Part shown: in pieces, positions 37,963-38,775 of the stretch
Layout: the number at the start of each line of letters is the position of its first letter
Position numbering within the stretch: the first letter of the stretch is position 1
Assembly: GCA_051382295.1 (NCBI GenBank)
Contig: JBBCAW010000110.1
Span: 1-38,775, forward strand
DNA length: 38,775 nucleotides
DNA from: Bdellovibrionota bacterium FG-1
GTDB lineage: Bacteria; Bdellovibrionota; UBA1018
Direction: 5' to 3'
Notes under the pieces: generated by a model
Seen by the model: the letters and a program-made list of their open reading frames with translations, nothing else
What the model was told of the DNA's origin: nothing
Database searches by the model: none
Position numbers and translations under genes: made by a program

Positions 37963-38649
37963 ATGGATGATGCTATGAAAGAGAAACAAAAGCAGGTTGG
38001 GTTTGGCGTAGTATTATTCGCAGTCATTTGCTCACTCGTTTTCAGCCACCTTGCCGACATTCTTCTCACAATCGCAACGTTCATATTTTTCGCGGTTAAC
38101 TATGCTGCAATCAAAAGCCGCCTTTACTTGTCTACCGGAGTGTTCTCCCTAATATTTCAAGCCTGCGTACTTTTATTCTATCCGTACAATCATGCCGCTC
38201 TTTATGTCTCTGCCTACAGCCTGCTGTCGCTTCTGATGATTCTAATTGGATATGCATTTCACCATAAGTCCGTTTCTGAAACGCGAGTTGCGGTAGTTGC
38301 GACACTGTTTTTGTTGTGGTCGATCCCGTTTGCTGGAAAGTTTATTGGTAATCAGTACATTGAAAAGGCGAACCTGAGGGTGGATGCAGCGATTACCAAA
38401 TTTCGAGTGTGGCAGCAACCAGTTCGGAAACCGGCATCGAACAAGGGTGAAAATAAAAAGAGGCCCCAAAGTAAGAGGCAAATAGCAACCGTTTCATCAG
38501 AGCGGCCTCAACTACCAGTTGAGGTTGCCCTGGCCCTTGGTTTTCCTTTTATTGTTTTATTGTTGAGCGGAATTATTGAGTCAACGCGGGAACAAAAGAA
38601 CGATAGTAGCCGATCACCTGCATCTGTATTGGGGCAGTCGCTATGCTGA
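37963..38649 (+). CDS. Integral membrane protein, unknown function
   Basis: Several hydrophobic segments. SD GGAG upstream. Confidence 0.6.
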   Translation: MDDAMKEKQKQVGFGVVLFAVICSLVFSHLADILLTIATFIFFAVNYAAIKSRLYLSTGVFSLIFQACVLLFYPYNHAALYVSAYSLLSLLMILIGYAFHHKSVSETRVAVVATLFLLWSIPFAGKFIGNQYIEKANLRVDAAITKFRVWQQPVRKPASNKGENKKRPQSKRQIATVSSERPQLPVEVALALGFPFIVLLLSGIIESTREQKNDSSRSPASVLGQSLC

Positions 38650-38775
38650 AAAAACACTAGAGGGTGGTGCACGAAGTTATTGAAAAGTCCCCTCGATTGA
38701 CGTTGGTTAGGGAAGTCACAAAACAACCCAAGCCATAAACAACCGAGGAGACCGTAATGAAGACAAAGAAAATCA

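Larger units (their letters stand above)
21328..38775. mobile_element. Integrated element (genomic island / IME- or prophage-like) at tRNA-Gln; right end outside the window
   Basis: Integrase abuts and overlaps the tRNA. Housekeeping genes stop abruptly. Rep-like, ParB-like, HTH and resolvase genes and many orphans follow, and the cargo at ~30.7-34.3 kb is visibly more AT-rich. Confidence 0.85.

Noticed and set aside
21381..38775. Second att copy (tRNA 3' fragment) and phage structural genes
   Set aside because: I found no repeat of the tRNA 3' end and no recognisable capsid, portal, large terminase or tail gene, so the element is not called a prophage and its right end is not defined.

Overview
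The window has two parts. (1) 1-21305 is ordinary chromosome of a Gram-negative bacterium. The gene set and order suggest a Bdellovibrionota/deltaproteobacteria-like host, which is inference only. It holds a partial nucleotidyltransferase-like gene, an AAA ATPase, hutI, a GT39/ArnT-like glycosyltransferase, a deoxynucleoside kinase, lipoproteins, a TPR protein, an LppL/LptM-like lipoprotein-lysA-dapA-dapB cluster, etfB-etfA plus a FadF-like Fe-S oxidoreductase, a degenerate M48-like protein, DUF1844-like-degP-clpB and spoVG. (2) tRNA-Gln(TTG) at 21306-21380 is followed by an integrated element that runs off the right edge, with no second att copy seen. The element's large serine recombinase (LSR) reads antisense through the tRNA and stops in its D-arm. 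It also carries a C4 zinc-finger ORF, a Cro-like HTH, a Rep_trans-like rolling-circle initiator containing GA-mismatch hairpins, a ParB-N/degenerate methyltransferase fusion, and a dead+active serine resolvase pair. Its main cargo is a tightly coupled operon: ankyrin-repeat/AAA+ fusion, a stripped-down ClpX-like ATPase (no Zn domain, RKH loop or IGF loop), a 154-aa unknown protein and a secreted protein. That operon is the best candidate for an undescribed system. All family calls come from motif recognition by eye, not database searches.
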